A stretch of DNA of 48,938 bases from Eubacteriales bacterium. GTDB lineage: Bacteria > Bacillota > Clostridia > Oscillospirales > UBA644. The notes under the pieces are model-generated. The model was not told the DNA's origin, did not search any database, and worked only from the letters and a program-made list of their open reading frames with translations. The position numbers and the translations under genes are program-made. How positions within the stretch are numbered: the stretch's first letter is position 1; the number at the start of each line of letters is the position of its first letter. Below, one piece after another: positions 47,243 through 48,938 of this stretch. The stretch covers positions 1-48,938 of the forward strand of contig JAZRUJ010000065.1 in NCBI GenBank assembly GCA_045652445.1, given 5' to 3'.

Positions 47243-48655
47243 TTAAATCTGTTCAATTTTAATCAAGTCCGTATTCCCGGAACAACCGTTGGTAATTCCG
47301 CCGGTAATAACGATATGATCGTCTTTTTGCAAGTTCAATGTCTGTTGAGTCAGCTTCTTTGCCGTGTAAAACAGCACGTCGGTGGAATTAAAGGTTTCGC
47401 ACAGAACAGGATTGACCCCCCAAGAGAGAGCCAAACTCCGCCAGGTTTTTTCATCGGTGGTCAATCCCACAATATCCATGGGAGGACGGAACCGGGAAAC
47501 CATACGAGCGGTCAGCCCTGACAGAGAACAAACGGAAATTGCTTTGGAACCAATATCAATCGCCATACCCACGGTAGCATGAGAAATAGCGTCAACGGTG
47601 TTTCGAATCTTAAATGACGAAGAATGGAAACGGGAAGCGTAATCAATGTTGCGTTCCGTATGTTCTGCAATCCGTGCCATGGTTTGTACCGCAAGAACGG
47701 GGTGTTCCCCCGCGGCAGTTTCGGCGGAAAGCATGATGGCACTCGTCCCGTCGTACACAGCATTGGCAACGTCTGTAATTTCAGCCCGAGTGGGGCGAAT
47801 ATTGTGAATCATAGATTCCAGCATTTCGGTGGCAGTAATGACCCGTTTCCCCAACAAACTGCACTTGGTAATCAGTTCTTTTTGGATTCCGGGCAATTCT
47901 TCAAAGGGAATTTCCACACCCATGTCACCTCGGCCGATCATGATGCCGCTGCATTCTTCGCAGATTTCTTCGATATTGTTGACTCCGGCACGATTTTCGA
48001 TCTTGGCAATCAAAGAGGGATTTTCAATGCCGTTTTCTGCCAAAAATTGACGGATATCCGTTAAATCCTGTTTCCGGGACACGAAAGAACAGGCGATAAA
48101 ATCTACGCCGTTTTCCATTCCGAACAGAAGATCTTTTTTGTCTTGTTCGCTCAAATAAACTTGATTTAGAACTTTATTGGGGAACGCCATACTCTTCCGA
48201 TCGGACAAAACGCCACCGGAAAGAACGTCGCAAACAGCATCGGTTTCGGTCAGTTGACGAACCTGCAGAACCACAAGCCCGTTGTTGATCAAAACCTTAT
48301 CGCCTACCGCAAGATCGTTGATCATTCCTGCGTAAGAAACCGCAACCCGGTTTTGATCCCCCACAACGTCTTCCACAGTCAAAGAAAAGGTATCCCCATC
48401 GTTCAGGGTAATTCTACCGTCTTTAAAGGTTCGAATCCGGTATTCCGGACCTTTGGTATCCAACAAAATGGCAATAGGAAGATTCAATGCTTCCCGCACT
48501 TTTTTGATGGTTTTAATAGTAGCCAGATGTTGTTCGTGGGTTCCGTGGGAAAAGTTCAAACGAGCTACGTTCATCCCCGCAAGACACATTTGAGTGAGGG
48601 TAGTTTCATCGGAACAAGCGGGTCCGATCGTACAAACAATTTTGGTTTTTCGCAT
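47243..48655 (-). CDS. pyk: Pyruvate kinase
   Basis: MRKTKIVCTIGPA, ARLNFSHG, LDTKGPE, IAKIEN, GRGDMGVE, PTRAEITDVANAVYDGT. Confidence 0.97.
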   Translation of the reverse strand: MRKTKIVCTIGPACSDETTLTQMCLAGMNVARLNFSHGTHEQHLATIKTIKKVREALNLPIAILLDTKGPEYRIRTFKDGRITLNDGDTFSLTVEDVVGDQNRVAVSYAGMINDLAVGDKVLINNGLVVLQVRQLTETDAVCDVLSGGVLSDRKSMAFPNKVLNQVYLSEQDKKDLLFGMENGVDFIACSFVSRKQDLTDIRQFLAENGIENPSLIAKIENRAGVNNIEEICEECSGIMIGRGDMGVEIPFEELPGIQKELITKCSLLGKRVITATEMLESMIHNIRPTRAEITDVANAVYDGTSAIMLSAETAAGEHPVLAVQTMARIAEHTERNIDYASRFHSSSFKIRNTVDAISHATVGMAIDIGSKAISVCSLSGLTARMVSRFRPPMDIVGLTTDEKTWRSLALSWGVNPVLCETFNSTDVLFYTAKKLTQQTLNLQKDDHIVITGGITNGCSGNTDLIKIEQI

Positions 48656-48698
48656 ATAATAAACTCCTATAAAAGAATCCAAGCATAATTCTGTATAC

Positions 48699-48727
48699 AT
48701 TATACCACATTTTGAAATAGATTGCAA
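48699..48727 (-). promoter_or_regulatory. Sigma-A promoter of pyk
   Basis: TTGCAA-N17-TATAAT with TG extension on the minus strand. Confidence 0.75.
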
Positions 48728-48749
48728 GGGTGGAATGAATATTTTTGAC

Positions 48750-48781
48750 AAAAAAATGCGGAGAAGAGAGGCTCTTCTCCG
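48750..48781 (-). terminator. Intrinsic terminator after the ABC ATPase
   Basis: CGGAGAAGAG-CCT-CTCTTCTCCG then CATTTTTTT on the minus strand. Confidence 0.75.
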
Positions 48782-48788
48782 ATTCATT

Positions 48789-48938
48789 TTATTCGAATTG
48801 GGAATGGTACAGTTTGCTGTAAAATCCGCCGGACGCAAGTAATTGCTCGTGATTTCCCTGTTCAAGGACGGTGCCGTCTTTCACCACCAGAATATTATCC
48901 GCATTTTGAACGGTGGAAAGACGGTGGGCGATGACGAA
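48789..48938 (-). CDS. ABC exporter ATP-binding protein, C-terminal end (partial)
   Basis: Manual translation [49 protein letters not shown]. Confidence 0.9.
   Translation of the reverse strand, partial: FVIAHRLSTVQNADNILVVKDGTVLEQGNHEQLLASGGFYSKLYHSQFE

Overview
Chromosomal, mostly housekeeping window from a spore-forming Clostridia-type Firmicute (Oscillospirales-like, inferred from gene content and protein style). Left to right: a minus-strand de novo purine operon (purE-C-F-M-N, PurO-like IMP cyclohydrolase, stand-alone AICAR transformylase, purD, purL running off the left edge) under a consensus sigma-A promoter and a ZMP/ZTP riboswitch; nrdR; xpaC-telA; ispD; an rpe-isochorismatase-YkgJ-radA-Cof operon; an asp23-fakA-DUF1385-prmC-murI-DUF1934-tadA/GNAT-MFS operon; a patch of probable sporulation genes (three small hypotheticals, an unannotated 45-aa ORF, DacF-like, SpoIIM-like) with sporulation-sigma-like promoters; tRNA-Leu(CAA); a transglutaminase-like lipoprotein; a PHP phosphatase; a MacB-like ABC fusion; ylmH-prfA-HAD; a small AT-rich lipoprotein/XRE cassette; potABCD; tRNA-Arg(CCG); a cation:proton antiporter; a glycoside-hydrolase-like orphan; pyk; and the 3' end of an ABC ATPase. 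I saw no CRISPR array, transposase, integrase or recognisable defence system, and no large clearly novel system. The best leads are a PurF with a degenerate glutaminase site, a TadA-GNAT fusion, a promoter boxed by 13-bp inverted repeats between the lipoprotein and XRE genes, and the small sporulation-type genes. All calls are from motif recognition by eye; no searches were run. Start coordinates were trimmed to the most plausible RBS-supported start.
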